In this document: piece by piece, positions 36,811 through 45,900 of the stretch
Layout of the letters: every line of letters begins with the position of its first letter
Numbering within the stretch: position 1 is the first letter of the stretch
Notes under the pieces: model-generated
Seen by the model: the letters and a program-made list of their open reading frames with translations, nothing else
Databases searched by the model: none
Told to the model about the DNA's origin: nothing
Program-made: the position numbers and the translations under genes
NCBI GenBank assembly: GCA_035411425.1
Contig: DAONSX010000001.1
Span: 65,678 to 129,677, forward strand
DNA: 64,000 bases
Origin: Bacteroidales bacterium
Lineage (GTDB): Bacteria > Bacteroidota > Bacteroidia > Bacteroidales > TTA-H9
Reading direction: 5' to 3'

Positions 36811-37388
36811 ATTTTATGATATCGATGGGGTTGATTTATATTGATTTATTGATATTCTGAATAGTATGAGAATCAATTCATTTATAAAAATGAACTTTCG
36901 AGTGCAAAGAGAAATATAAAATCGAAACAATTATACTGTCCAAAACTAATCTCATAAAGTTGAAAGAAGAATCTGGAAATGCTGGAAATAATAGAAGAAT
37001 GGCAATGAGAATATGAACCGGGTATATCATATTGAATTTCATTGGAATAAATCGGGAAACCTGCGGTTGGGAATATTCATAATGAGGTGGTTTTGTATTT
37101 CGATAAAGATGAGTAGTTTTCAAATGAATCGGTTTTATCAATAAATATGATTTTTGCTTTGATTATTGAAAATGAATTTATTAGAATAATATTTCGCTTT
37201 ATTGGGAAAAACGTTGCAATTTATGTAAGTTTTAAAAACGAGAATATGCTTTGTCGAAAATTTTTCAGTACTCATCATGAGGTTTAACTCGAATCTTTTG
37301 GAAACAATTGACGTTGAAAGTGAAAGAATGAAATGGGGGAGTTAGGCAGAGGGGAGTCATAGAATAAAAATTAGGGCTTAACAATATA

Positions 37389-37396
37389 TATCTTTG
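37389..37396 (+). promoter_or_regulatory. Candidate -7 box only 6 nt upstream of the aroC ATG (a near-leaderless transcript is possible)
   Basis: TATCTTTG at 37389-37396; the ATG is at 37402. Confidence 0.35.
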
Positions 37397-37401
37397 CAAA
37401 T

Positions 37402-38502
37402 ATGACAGGAAATTCGTTTGGAAGATTTTTTCGTTTGTCGACCTTTGGCGAATCGCATGGTGAAGCCATTGGAGGTATTGTTGATGGATGCCCGGCGGGT
37501 GTCGAATGGAATGAGAAATTCATTCAGAAAGAACTCGATAGAAGAAAGCCAGGTACTGGTTTTTCATCTTCTCCAAGGCAAGAACCTGACCATTTTGAGG
37601 TATTATCGGGAATTTATGAGGGGAAAACTACGGGCCAGCCCATTGCATTTCTTATCCGTAATATCGATCAAAGACCACAAGATTACGAACAGGCCGAGCA
37701 AATGATACGTCCGGGGCATGCCGATTTTGCATGGAAACAGCGTTATGGCATTTTCGATCCTCGAGGCGGAGGAAGAGCTTCGGCCAGAGAAACTGCAGCC
37801 CGTGTAGCTGCGGGTGCCACAGCCAAGTTATTTCTGAAAAAATATGGCGTGCATATCAATGCTTACGTACTAGCCATTGGACCTATTCAAATGACAGAGA
37901 AAAACTGGCATCCTGTCGAAGATATCGAAGCCGATCCCTTGCGATGCCCACACAAGGAAACCTCCTCGAAAATGCAGGATTATCTGCAACAATTGAACGA
38001 TGAAGGAGATACCGCAGGAGGTATTATAAGATGTTTTGTGAGGAATTGTCCTGCAGGAATTGGCAATCCGGTATTCGACAAACTGCAGGCTGCTTTGGCT
38101 TATGCCATGATGAGCATTCCTGCTGCGAAAGGATTCGAATACGGCGAAGGATTTTCGGCTGCAAGCATGAAAGGTTCGCAACATAATGATACTCCAGAAT
38201 TTAAGAATGGAAGTATTCATTTCGTTACTCATCATGCTGGCGGAATTTTGGGCGGAATCAGTACGGGGGACGATATAGTTTTCAATGTCGCTTTCAAACC
38301 TGTTTCGAGCATTGACAAACCTCAATTGACCGTAACTTACGAGGGTAAACCGGCTATCTATCAGCCTGGCGGACGCCATGATATTACTGTCGTGCCAAGA
38401 GCCGTACCTGTAGTCGAAGCTATGGCTGCTCTGGTTATTGCCGATCAACTCATCGAATGGTTTGCACTTGGTAACTATTTACCAGAAAATCATTCCGATT
38501 AA
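37402..38502 (+). CDS. aroC: Chorismate synthase
   Basis: GNSFGRFFRLSTFGESHG, RPGHADF, GGGRASARETAARVAAGA, and GGRHDITVVPRAVPVVEAM are all canonical AroC blocks. Confidence 0.95.
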   Translation: MTGNSFGRFFRLSTFGESHGEAIGGIVDGCPAGVEWNEKFIQKELDRRKPGTGFSSSPRQEPDHFEVLSGIYEGKTTGQPIAFLIRNIDQRPQDYEQAEQMIRPGHADFAWKQRYGIFDPRGGGRASARETAARVAAGATAKLFLKKYGVHINAYVLAIGPIQMTEKNWHPVEDIEADPLRCPHKETSSKMQDYLQQLNDEGDTAGGIIRCFVRNCPAGIGNPVFDKLQAALAYAMMSIPAAKGFEYGEGFSAASMKGSQHNDTPEFKNGSIHFVTHHAGGILGGISTGDDIVFNVAFKPVSSIDKPQLTVTYEGKPAIYQPGGRHDITVVPRAVPVVEAMAALVIADQLIEWFALGNYLPENHSD

Positions 38503-38553
38503 TAAATTCAATATTAATTAATCAGATTAAGAAAACATTAAACACTTCTCACA

Positions 38554-41193
38554 ATGAAAAAGACAGGAAAAATAATTCTTATTGTTTTAATTTTCCTATT
38601 TATTTTGCTCCTTGCAATTCCTATTCTTTTCAAGGGTCAAATAAAAGAGGCTATTCTTAAGAGTGCTTCTTCGATGATAGATGCAAAACTCGATTTCGGT
38701 AAGGTAAATCTATCATTAATAAAAAATTTTCCTAATCTAACCGTAAATGTCAATAAAATAAGTCTTTCGGGAATAAAGAATTTTGAAAATGATACTCTGG
38801 CTTTTGTCGGAAAGGCTTCAGTTACTGTGGATGTATTTTCGGCTATTCATGGGAAAACATACGAGATAAAATCGGTTACGATTCGTCATCCTCGAATTTA
38901 TCTGAAGGTTTTACCCGATAGTTCGGCCAACTGGAATATTTATCACCCGAGTGAAGATACGACTGCTCCCCGAAATTTTACCCTGAAACTGAAAAAGATT
39001 TACATCGAAGATGCCAGTTTAATCTATGATGACCGCCTGCTGAATACTTTGGTCAAAGCAGAAGGAATAAATAGTGAGCTTTCGGGTGATTTGACTGCCG
39101 AAAGCACTTCATTACAAACTTTTACCCTGATTAAAGACATTATGGTAGATTATGGCGGTATACGTTTCCTAAATAAAACAGAATGCGAATTGAAGGCAGA
39201 AGTTGACGCCAATCTCAAGGACATGATTTTTACAATGAAAGATAATGAAGTTCGAATAAATCAACTGTTTTTAGGATTCGATGGTAAAGTTCAGATGATG
39301 GAAGAAGGGTATGGCCTCGACCTCAGTTTTTCGAGCCGGCAAACGAGTTTCAAAAACCTGCTTTCGATGGTGCCTTCTATTTATGCCAAGGATTTTGAAA
39401 AATTGACCGCTTCGGGCACAATGAAATTTCATGGAAAAATAAAAGGAATTTACGCTGATACATCATTCCCCTCTTATGATATTGTACTCGAGGTAAATGA
39501 AGGCAGATTTCAATACCCCAGCTTGCCTTCTGCTGTTGAAAACGTAGCTATTCGAGCCAATGTGGTCAATCCCGACGGGCAACCCAACAACCTGACTCTC
39601 GATCTCAGCCGTTTTCACCTTGAAATGGCTCATAACCCTATCGACCTGAAAGTTCTACTAAAAAACCCTATCAGCGATCCATGGATAAAAGCCGTCATCT
39701 TAGGAAGACTCGATCTGGCAGAAATAAAGAATGTTTATCCACTTGGCATCAATCTTAAAGGTAGTATTAGAGCCGATCTATCGCTCGAAGGAAATATTTC
39801 TACTCTCGAAAAAGGAAACTTCGAAAATTTCGACGCTAAAGGCAGTTTGGTAATAGATGATTTATTCCTACCCGATACGTCTACCAAAAAAGATCTCAAT
39901 ATCTCAACGGCACGGCTTAACTTTTCACCCGCCTATCTGGAGCTTGCCAACTGTAAGATAAATATTGGAGCTAACGACATTGCCGCAAATGGAAAGGTAA
40001 CCAACTATCTGGGATACCTCCTTCGAAATACCGACTTGAAAGCCAATCTGAACGTCAGTTCAAATCGCCTTAACCTTGATGAATTCGTGACTTCAGGCTC
40101 AAAAAGTCAGAATGATAAAACCCAATTAGGAATCATAGAAGTGCCAAAACGCATTGACTTTGCATTGAATGCCAATCTGAATCAAGTCGTGTTCGGTAAA
40201 CTCGAAATGAATGATATAAGAGGTGAGATTCAGGTTAAAAATCAACAGGCTTTTCTGGATAATCTTTCTTTAAAAACATTGGGAGGCCTCATTACATTGA
40301 AGGGTTCTTACAATACGATAAATCCTACCCATCCATGTATGGAATTGAACCTCAAGATAGAAAATATCGATATTCCACTCACGGCTTCGACTTTTGTGAC
40401 TGTGCAGAAAATCACCCCTATACTCGAAAATGTGAAGGGATTAGCCAGTGCTTCACTCAGTTTGAAAACCGATTTAGACCCCAATATGATTCCTGATTTG
40501 AATACACTTTCTTCGAGTGGAACCATTCAAACAGGAAACCTAAAAATTTCGAACGTTGCAGCTTTGCAAAAATTAGATGACATACTCAAATTAAACCGTT
40601 TCAAAGAATTCGAAACCAACCCCTTATCATTGTTCTATCTCATCGAAAATGGAAAACTCAATATAAAACCTTTCGATTTAAAATCGGGAAATCTGATGGG
40701 AACGCTGGGCGGAAATGTTCTTATTGCATCTCAAGAACTCGATCTTGATTTTATTATACAGATGCCAAGAAGTGAATTTGGAGGTGCAGCCAATAGCGTT
40801 CTCGAAGGATTGGTAAAACAAGCCAATCAAAAGGGAGCTAAAATCAAATTGGGAGAAACCGTCACGATACATGCCAAAATAACTGGACAAGCCAATAATC
40901 CAAAAATAAGTACTAATTTGGTAGAAAGTTCGAAGACGCTGGCCAGCGATATGAAAAAACAAGCCGAAGATGAATTCAATAAAAAGAAAATCGAAATAGA
41001 ACAAAAAGCTCAGGCAGAATTGGAGGCCCAAAAACAAGCTGCCCAGGCCAGAATGAAACAGGAAGAAGAAAGACTTCGACAAGAAACCGAACAAAAGAAA
41101 AAACTACTCGAAGAAAAGGCCAAACGTCAGGCCGACTCGCTCGAGAAAAAAGGGAAAGACGAGCTAAAAAAACGATTGAAGAAAGTCTTTTGA
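38554..41193 (+). CDS. AsmA-family outer-membrane biogenesis/lipid-transfer-like protein with a K/E-rich C-terminal coiled-coil tail
   Basis: An N-terminal TM anchor (IILIVLIFLFILLLAIPILF), then about 750 aa of beta-rich sequence of AsmA-like character. The last ~110 aa are Lys/Glu/Gln-rich (QKAQAELEAQKQAAQARMKQEEERLRQETEQKKKLLEEKAKRQ). Confidence 0.7.
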   Translation: MKKTGKIILIVLIFLFILLLAIPILFKGQIKEAILKSASSMIDAKLDFGKVNLSLIKNFPNLTVNVNKISLSGIKNFENDTLAFVGKASVTVDVFSAIHGKTYEIKSVTIRHPRIYLKVLPDSSANWNIYHPSEDTTAPRNFTLKLKKIYIEDASLIYDDRLLNTLVKAEGINSELSGDLTAESTSLQTFTLIKDIMVDYGGIRFLNKTECELKAEVDANLKDMIFTMKDNEVRINQLFLGFDGKVQMMEEGYGLDLSFSSRQTSFKNLLSMVPSIYAKDFEKLTASGTMKFHGKIKGIYADTSFPSYDIVLEVNEGRFQYPSLPSAVENVAIRANVVNPDGQPNNLTLDLSRFHLEMAHNPIDLKVLLKNPISDPWIKAVILGRLDLAEIKNVYPLGINLKGSIRADLSLEGNISTLEKGNFENFDAKGSLVIDDLFLPDTSTKKDLNISTARLNFSPAYLELANCKINIGANDIAANGKVTNYLGYLLRNTDLKANLNVSSNRLNLDEFVTSGSKSQNDKTQLGIIEVPKRIDFALNANLNQVVFGKLEMNDIRGEIQVKNQQAFLDNLSLKTLGGLITLKGSYNTINPTHPCMELNLKIENIDIPLTASTFVTVQKITPILENVKGLASASLSLKTDLDPNMIPDLNTLSSSGTIQTGNLKISNVAALQKLDDILKLNRFKEFETNPLSLFYLIENGKLNIKPFDLKSGNLMGTLGGNVLIASQELDLDFIIQMPRSEFGGAANSVLEGLVKQANQKGAKIKLGETVTIHAKITGQANNPKISTNLVESSKTLASDMKKQAEDEFNKKKIEIEQKAQAELEAQKQAAQARMKQEEERLRQETEQKKKLLEEKAKRQADSLEKKGKDELKKRLKKVF

Positions 41194-41200
41194 AAAATTT

Positions 41201-42085
41201 ATGACCAGAAGAAGAGCCAAAGCTGATTTCCCGCTTGTTATCAGTGCTTCACGGATGTGTGATCTCCCACAATGGTACCCGCAATACTTAATCCACGAGA
41301 TAAAACAACGACTCGAAACCGGCCGAACCTTGCATAGCCTCGTTATCTGGACAAAACATCCTTTAGCGCTCTTGAAGTCCCCTCTATACGACGAATTGAG
41401 TTATTTGAAAAGTATCGGGATTCAGCTCTATTTTCAGATTACTATCACCGGGATGGGTAATCGTGTTTGTGGATATGATAAATTTCAGCGACCATGGAGA
41501 CCTGAACCTATTGCACCATCAAAAGAAGAAAGTGTAAAAATTTTACCACAGCTAATTTCCTTGACCGAACATCCCTTGCGCATAAGGCTTCGCATCGATC
41601 CTATTCTACAGGTTAAGGATATTAAAGGAGAATTTTACAGCAATTATGAGGAATGTAAGGATACTATTGAAAAGTGTTCCGCCCTGGGTATTAGAAAATT
41701 TTCGTTCAGTTTTGTAGAGCCAGGTATTTACCGAAAGGTAGACCGGCGCTTTCAGCAGCTTGGAATCACACTTATAAAATTTGATGAAATTTTAAGAAAC
41801 AAAATCAGATATGAATTTTCCGATTTAGAAAAAAAACTTGGAGTAGATATTTCAGGATGTTGCATAGAAGATTGGCCTGTTTCGTCGTGTATCAACGGAA
41901 GGATGCTTCAGCAATTACATCCTCAGAAACTCGATGTGTCGCTCTGTCAACCTCATTCCCGTCCGTTGTGCGGATGTACTGCTTCCATTGATATAGGCGG
42001 CTGGCCTCCTAAAACCTGTCCTACTGGCTGCGATTATTGTTATGCCCGACCATTTTATCGGGATTTGAAGGAAAAGGAAAAGTAG
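41201..42085 (+). CDS. DUF1848-like protein with a C-terminal cysteine cluster
   Basis: The N-terminus VISASRMCDLPQWYP resembles the DUF1848 start (ISASRRTDIPAFY, from memory). The C-terminal Cys cluster reads CCIEDWPVSSC...C..HSRPLCGCTASIDIG....CPTGCDYCYA. Confidence 0.6.
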   Translation: MTRRRAKADFPLVISASRMCDLPQWYPQYLIHEIKQRLETGRTLHSLVIWTKHPLALLKSPLYDELSYLKSIGIQLYFQITITGMGNRVCGYDKFQRPWRPEPIAPSKEESVKILPQLISLTEHPLRIRLRIDPILQVKDIKGEFYSNYEECKDTIEKCSALGIRKFSFSFVEPGIYRKVDRRFQQLGITLIKFDEILRNKIRYEFSDLEKKLGVDISGCCIEDWPVSSCINGRMLQQLHPQKLDVSLCQPHSRPLCGCTASIDIGGWPPKTCPTGCDYCYARPFYRDLKEKEK

Positions 42086-42130
42086 AAAACGATACCTGGT
42101 GCGAGTTGCATAGAAATATACAGACATTGA

Positions 42131-42260
42131 TACAGCAGGACGAGGAGAGTAAGGGGGACTGGGAGACAAGGAGAGCAAGATGCAAGGAGGCTTCACTATA
42201 AAGTATATAAAATGCTCATTTTTAGTATGTTAACTTTCAACTCACCAATCTCCAATTTTC
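42131..42260 (-). repeat. Copy A of a ~130-nt bipartite intergenic element (G-rich head, AT-rich core, C/T-rich tail when read on the minus strand)
   Basis: The reverse complement reads AAAATTGGAGATTGGTGAGTTGAAAGTTAACATA...AAAATGAG...CTCCTTGTCTCCCAGTCCCCCTTACTCTCCTCGTCCTG. It aligns by eye with 63032-63163. Confidence 0.5.
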
Positions 42261-42313
42261 AATCTTGAATTACCTGTTACCGTGTATATTATGTAATCAT
42301 CAAATATAAAAAA

Positions 42314-42341
42314 ACCCGTTCTCATTAAAGCAGGAACCGGT
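42314..42341. terminator. Hairpin flanked by an A-run and a T-run, downstream of tRNA-Pro (minus strand)
   Basis: AAAAAAACCCGTTC...GAACCGGTTTTT. The stem has one mismatch and lies 20 nt from the tRNA 3' end. Confidence 0.45.
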
Positions 42342-42360
42342 TTTTATCGATCTTATTTTG

Positions 42361-42434
42361 TCGGAGTGGTGAGACTCGAACTCACGACCTCTTGCACCCC
42401 ATGCAAGCACGCTAGCCAACTGCGCCACACCCCG
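42361..42434 (-). tRNA. tRNA-Pro (anticodon GGG)
   Basis: The reverse complement folds as a cloverleaf: acceptor CGGGGTG/CACTCCG, D arm GCGC-AGTTGGCTA-GCGT, anticodon stem CTTGC/GCAAG with loop AT-GGG-GT, variable loop AGGTC, and T arm GTGAG-TTCGAGT-CTCAC, with discriminator A. No CCA is encoded. Confidence 0.9.
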
Positions 42435-42551
42435 ATCTATATTTCAGTATTGACCTTCCTGAATGCGCCTGCAAATTTAGATGATTTTTATAAAAGAAAA
42501 CTTTTCCCCTTCACAAAATCTCTAAATTTTACCACAAAATTGATGGTGTAT

Positions 42552-44939
42552 TTAGTTTTTTATAAGTTTTGATTGAGTGACTTGCTGATCCTGAATAACT
42601 TGAATGATATAAGTCCCGGTGGGCACTAAGTTCAAATCTATTGTCTGGATGATTTCACTAGAAATAGAATTGAAATTTCTTGAAAAAAGGATATTGCCAT
42701 TCATATCCATTACTCTCAATGATAATGTCTTATGAGAAAATCCTTTCAAATGAATCTTAACAATATGGTGAGCTGGATTTGGATTGATTTCTATGACAGG
42801 ATTGCCTTTCGAGATTTCATTTGTACCCGTACAAACGTGAATATTCACCTTCATCATGCTTTCGATTGGGACGAAACAGGGTGCAGTTGGCATGGCAGTC
42901 AAACGTAGATTTACATGTCCTTTATTGATATCATTGGTTCCCGGGAAATAAATAGTGTTGAGTAGATTGGGTTCGGAAAAATAGCCGTCGCCATAGGTTG
43001 ACCAAACAATACTATCCGTGTTGTAAGCTGTTCCATGTAAATAGGCAGGATCTCCCACACAGATGAGGGTGTCTTTGCCAGCGTAGGAGTAAGGGCTAGG
43101 GTGGAGGAAAAGGGTCATCGAGTCGGAAGAAACCGAAATGAGGTCATAACTAAAGGCAGTGAGGGTTAGTTTAACGGAATCGGATTGCTTGTCTTGAGGT
43201 CCTAAAAAATAGATAGCATGTGGTTCATTGGGCTGATTAAAATGGCCATCGCCAGAAGTCGTCCATAGTACAGTACGGTAATTTTGTGCAGAACTATGGA
43301 GATTATTGTAAGGTATAATGTTGCAAATTAATGTATCAGGTCCGGCGAAAGCCGATACTGAAAAGGAGGTGTCGAATTGGATTTTGGCGATGCGAGTTTT
43401 CCAGCCCGTTTTTATATATTCGGTAGTGAACCAGAATGAAGTATCATCGGAGGGGTCGATGGCCATCATAGCATAATCTCCCCATCGGCCAAAGTTGCTT
43501 TGTGCATAGGAGCCGGTAATGATTTCTGCTTCCTGGAGGTTCATTTGTCCTAAAGGAGCATTAGCCGTACGGCCAGTATACCGTATGGAAGGGGAATATG
43601 ACTCACTGCTGACGGAGTATCCGAGGGCAATATCTCCGATTGTGTTCATGGCTATACTTGGCATCCATCGGTTGAGATCATCAGGAGCCCAGGTCCCTTG
43701 TTGATATATCTCCCAAGGATTGGAGTCAGTTTTACGGAATTCGTACCACCTTATACCAGCATGTGCTTGTCCATCGAAATCAACCGAATGACAAGCTACC
43801 ATAGTTTGATAAGTCCCAAAGTTCCGATATTGCAGACGATACATCAGGCGGTCGGAAAGTGTTTCGAGGCCTTGATTCGTATTAGGTTGAGGAATGCAAG
43901 CTCCACGGGGTGCATCACAAAAATAGGCATCGAAAGGCGCTACAGCCAAAGAGGTTACAGGTTGGAAGGTGCTGTTATTCACATTATTCCAATCGACATG
44001 AAATTCCCATATCTTGAAGGCATCTTGAAGAGCTCCCAAACCATCATCGGTGAAATAAGCAAAATAATTGGGAGCGCCCGTTGGAGGAGGATTCCCATCG
44101 AAATCGGAGGGAAGCATGCTCCATGCCCCAGCATTAGGTGGCAAATCAAAAAGAATCATTCGAGCGTTGGAATCCCCCACCAGCATAGCATCCCGTTCAA
44201 AAGCAGCAGCTGCAACTCTTACATAACTTCCAAACAAATTGAAAGAAGCATAATAAGCATCAGGCCAGATGCCAAATTTTGGATAATCGTTGAAAGCAGG
44301 GAATTCAAATGCATATTGATAATATGAACCTAAAGGATCGGAAGTTTCTGAAATGGCAATAAGTTGCCAATAAGTTCCATTCGATGTGTTCACGGCAAAT
44401 TGTGAGGCTATCCATCTATTGGCCAATTCATCGTATAGGACTATAGGATCGCCATCATTGGTACCAGTCCAAGGCCCAATAAAACCATTCCATAGGGTCG
44501 AATTGTTTACAGGACCAAAAAGCAAATTACCTTGTTTATCGTAAATAGCAAATGAAAGATTTATCATCTGGAAATAATAATCGCGGCCTACATCTCCTTC
44601 GGTGTCAGGTGGATAAACACTATTTACATTGCCTATTCCAGCAAAATTCAATATGGGACCCGCATTCGGAATCGAAGGGGCAGATATCTGCCTTACCGGA
44701 TCGAGCTGAGCAGGTGTGAGCTGATGCATGATGGGATGGTGTTCATCAAAAGCAAGATTGCGCACCAGTGAATCTTTCCAGGAACGATCTCTCGCTCCGG
44801 GCAAAACAGCTGCCATTTCAGACAAAGGCTGCGATTTTCTGAAATATGCTGCTCTCTTTACCGTCATTTGTTGTGAAAAAACCAGTTGGGGAAAAAAGAC
44901 AGCAATGAAAATGATGAATAAGCAATGTTTCTTTTTCAT
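42552..44939 (-). CDS. Large secreted protein of unknown function with a T9SS C-terminal sorting domain
   Basis: Start at the internal ATG 44939 (signal peptide MKKKHCLFIIFIAVFFPQLVFSQQ). Two ~85-aa modules are internally duplicated (VLWTTSGDGHFNQPNEPHAIYFLGP / IVWSTYGDGYFSEPNLLNTIYFPGT). The CTD reads INPNPAHHIVKIHL...GTYIIQVIQDQQVTQSKLIKN. Confidence 0.75.
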   Translation of the reverse strand: MKKKHCLFIIFIAVFFPQLVFSQQMTVKRAAYFRKSQPLSEMAAVLPGARDRSWKDSLVRNLAFDEHHPIMHQLTPAQLDPVRQISAPSIPNAGPILNFAGIGNVNSVYPPDTEGDVGRDYYFQMINLSFAIYDKQGNLLFGPVNNSTLWNGFIGPWTGTNDGDPIVLYDELANRWIASQFAVNTSNGTYWQLIAISETSDPLGSYYQYAFEFPAFNDYPKFGIWPDAYYASFNLFGSYVRVAAAAFERDAMLVGDSNARMILFDLPPNAGAWSMLPSDFDGNPPPTGAPNYFAYFTDDGLGALQDAFKIWEFHVDWNNVNNSTFQPVTSLAVAPFDAYFCDAPRGACIPQPNTNQGLETLSDRLMYRLQYRNFGTYQTMVACHSVDFDGQAHAGIRWYEFRKTDSNPWEIYQQGTWAPDDLNRWMPSIAMNTIGDIALGYSVSSESYSPSIRYTGRTANAPLGQMNLQEAEIITGSYAQSNFGRWGDYAMMAIDPSDDTSFWFTTEYIKTGWKTRIAKIQFDTSFSVSAFAGPDTLICNIIPYNNLHSSAQNYRTVLWTTSGDGHFNQPNEPHAIYFLGPQDKQSDSVKLTLTAFSYDLISVSSDSMTLFLHPSPYSYAGKDTLICVGDPAYLHGTAYNTDSIVWSTYGDGYFSEPNLLNTIYFPGTNDINKGHVNLRLTAMPTAPCFVPIESMMKVNIHVCTGTNEISKGNPVIEINPNPAHHIVKIHLKGFSHKTLSLRVMDMNGNILFSRNFNSISSEIIQTIDLNLVPTGTYIIQVIQDQQVTQSKLIKN

Positions 44940-45130
44940 GAGTAGTAAAATTGGTAAATTCTTATCCGGCACAAATTTACATAAACATTTCAGTAAGATA
45001 TAATAAAGTTAGGTTGATTTCAAAAAGGTGGAGAAGTTTATTATTTACCTTTCCAAAGGAGATTCTTTCTAAGCATGGATAGATTCAATTGATATCATCG
45101 AATGTATATTCCGATTCATCTTTGCTTGCT

Positions 45131-45871
45131 CTATCGAATCTTATTTTTCAGGCAGTAATGATTATAGGCCTTTTCGGAAGCTATGTTTCCCAGGCGTATA
45201 GATTTTTTCCAATCCTTGCAAGCACCATCCAGATCGCCACTCATAAATTTGGCGTTTCCTCTGTTATTCAACGCAGGAGAATAGGTCGAATCGATATGCA
45301 ATGCTACATCGAAATCAGCGATGGCTTCTTTGTATTTATTCATATTACTCAATGCAATTCCTCTATTATAATAGGCATACATATTCTTAGGCTCGATCTG
45401 GATGACTTTCGTAAAACAAACATAAGCTTCCTTGAATTGCTTCAAGTATATATGTGCCTCGCCTTTGTACATATAGGCGTAGGTATGGGCAGCATTCAAT
45501 CTTAAAGCTTCATCGAATTCCTCTATGGCTTTCTCATATTCTTTTTTTTGTTCGTAAATAAATCCACGAACGAAGAATCCATTTCCATCTTCTGGATTTT
45601 TTTCAATATATTGATTCATATAATTCAAGGCTTCATCATAATTACCCAAGCCAATCAAGGTAGCTGCCTTGGTAAATGTCCATTGGGAATTTTCATCGGT
45701 GTCAGACGTACCTGGTTTAAATGCATCTTGTCCGGGTTGATAAGATTTCTGCGTAGTATCGTGAATGGTAGCGGTTAGATTTTCCTTGGGCAGTTCCTTT
45801 TTGCTTGAATTGCTTTTACAAGCCGAAATTACAACTAAGGCAATCAAGAAGATAGATAAAAAGTGTTTCAT
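45131..45871 (-). CDS. TPR-repeat lipoprotein
   Basis: Start at the ATG 45871 (MKHFLSIFLIALVVISACKS contains a lipobox). Several canonical TPRs follow (AYMYKGEAHIYLKQFKEAYVCFTKVIQIEPKN, etc.). Confidence 0.8.
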   Translation of the reverse strand: MKHFLSIFLIALVVISACKSNSSKKELPKENLTATIHDTTQKSYQPGQDAFKPGTSDTDENSQWTFTKAATLIGLGNYDEALNYMNQYIEKNPEDGNGFFVRGFIYEQKKEYEKAIEEFDEALRLNAAHTYAYMYKGEAHIYLKQFKEAYVCFTKVIQIEPKNMYAYYNRGIALSNMNKYKEAIADFDVALHIDSTYSPALNNRGNAKFMSGDLDGACKDWKKSIRLGNIASEKAYNHYCLKNKIR

Positions 45872-45900
45872 ATCTGGAAAGTTTAAAGAAGGCAAAATTA

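Noticed and set aside
36878-37141. 87-aa minus-strand ORF upstream of the MFS sugar transporter
   Set aside because: It has a TTG start and no recognisable family, and it sits in a 590-bp divergent promoter region. It could be a small membrane peptide, but I cannot support it.
37870-38448. 192-aa minus-strand ORF
   Set aside because: It is antisense inside aroC, whose plus-strand translation carries all the canonical chorismate synthase blocks.
40678-41094. 138-aa minus-strand ORF rich in Phe/Leu
   Set aside because: It is the mirror image of the Lys/Glu-rich tail of the AsmA-like gene (AAA/GAA codons read as TTT/TTC), a low-complexity artefact.
41915-42196. 93-aa minus-strand ORF containing SLSPSPPYSPRP
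   Set aside because: Its 3' part overlaps the 3' end of the DUF1848 gene, and its N-terminal, proline/serine-rich stretch is simply the translation of the C/T-rich tail of repeat copy A.
42361-42434. tRNA-Pro as an integration site for a genomic island
   Set aside because: I looked for a direct repeat of the tRNA 3' half in the flanking ~5 kb and for an adjacent integrase. I found neither, and the neighbouring genes are ordinary.
43698-44327. 209-aa plus-strand ORF
   Set aside because: It lies entirely antisense within the well-supported T9SS cargo gene (42552-44939). It has no recognisable motifs, and its composition is typical of an antisense frame.
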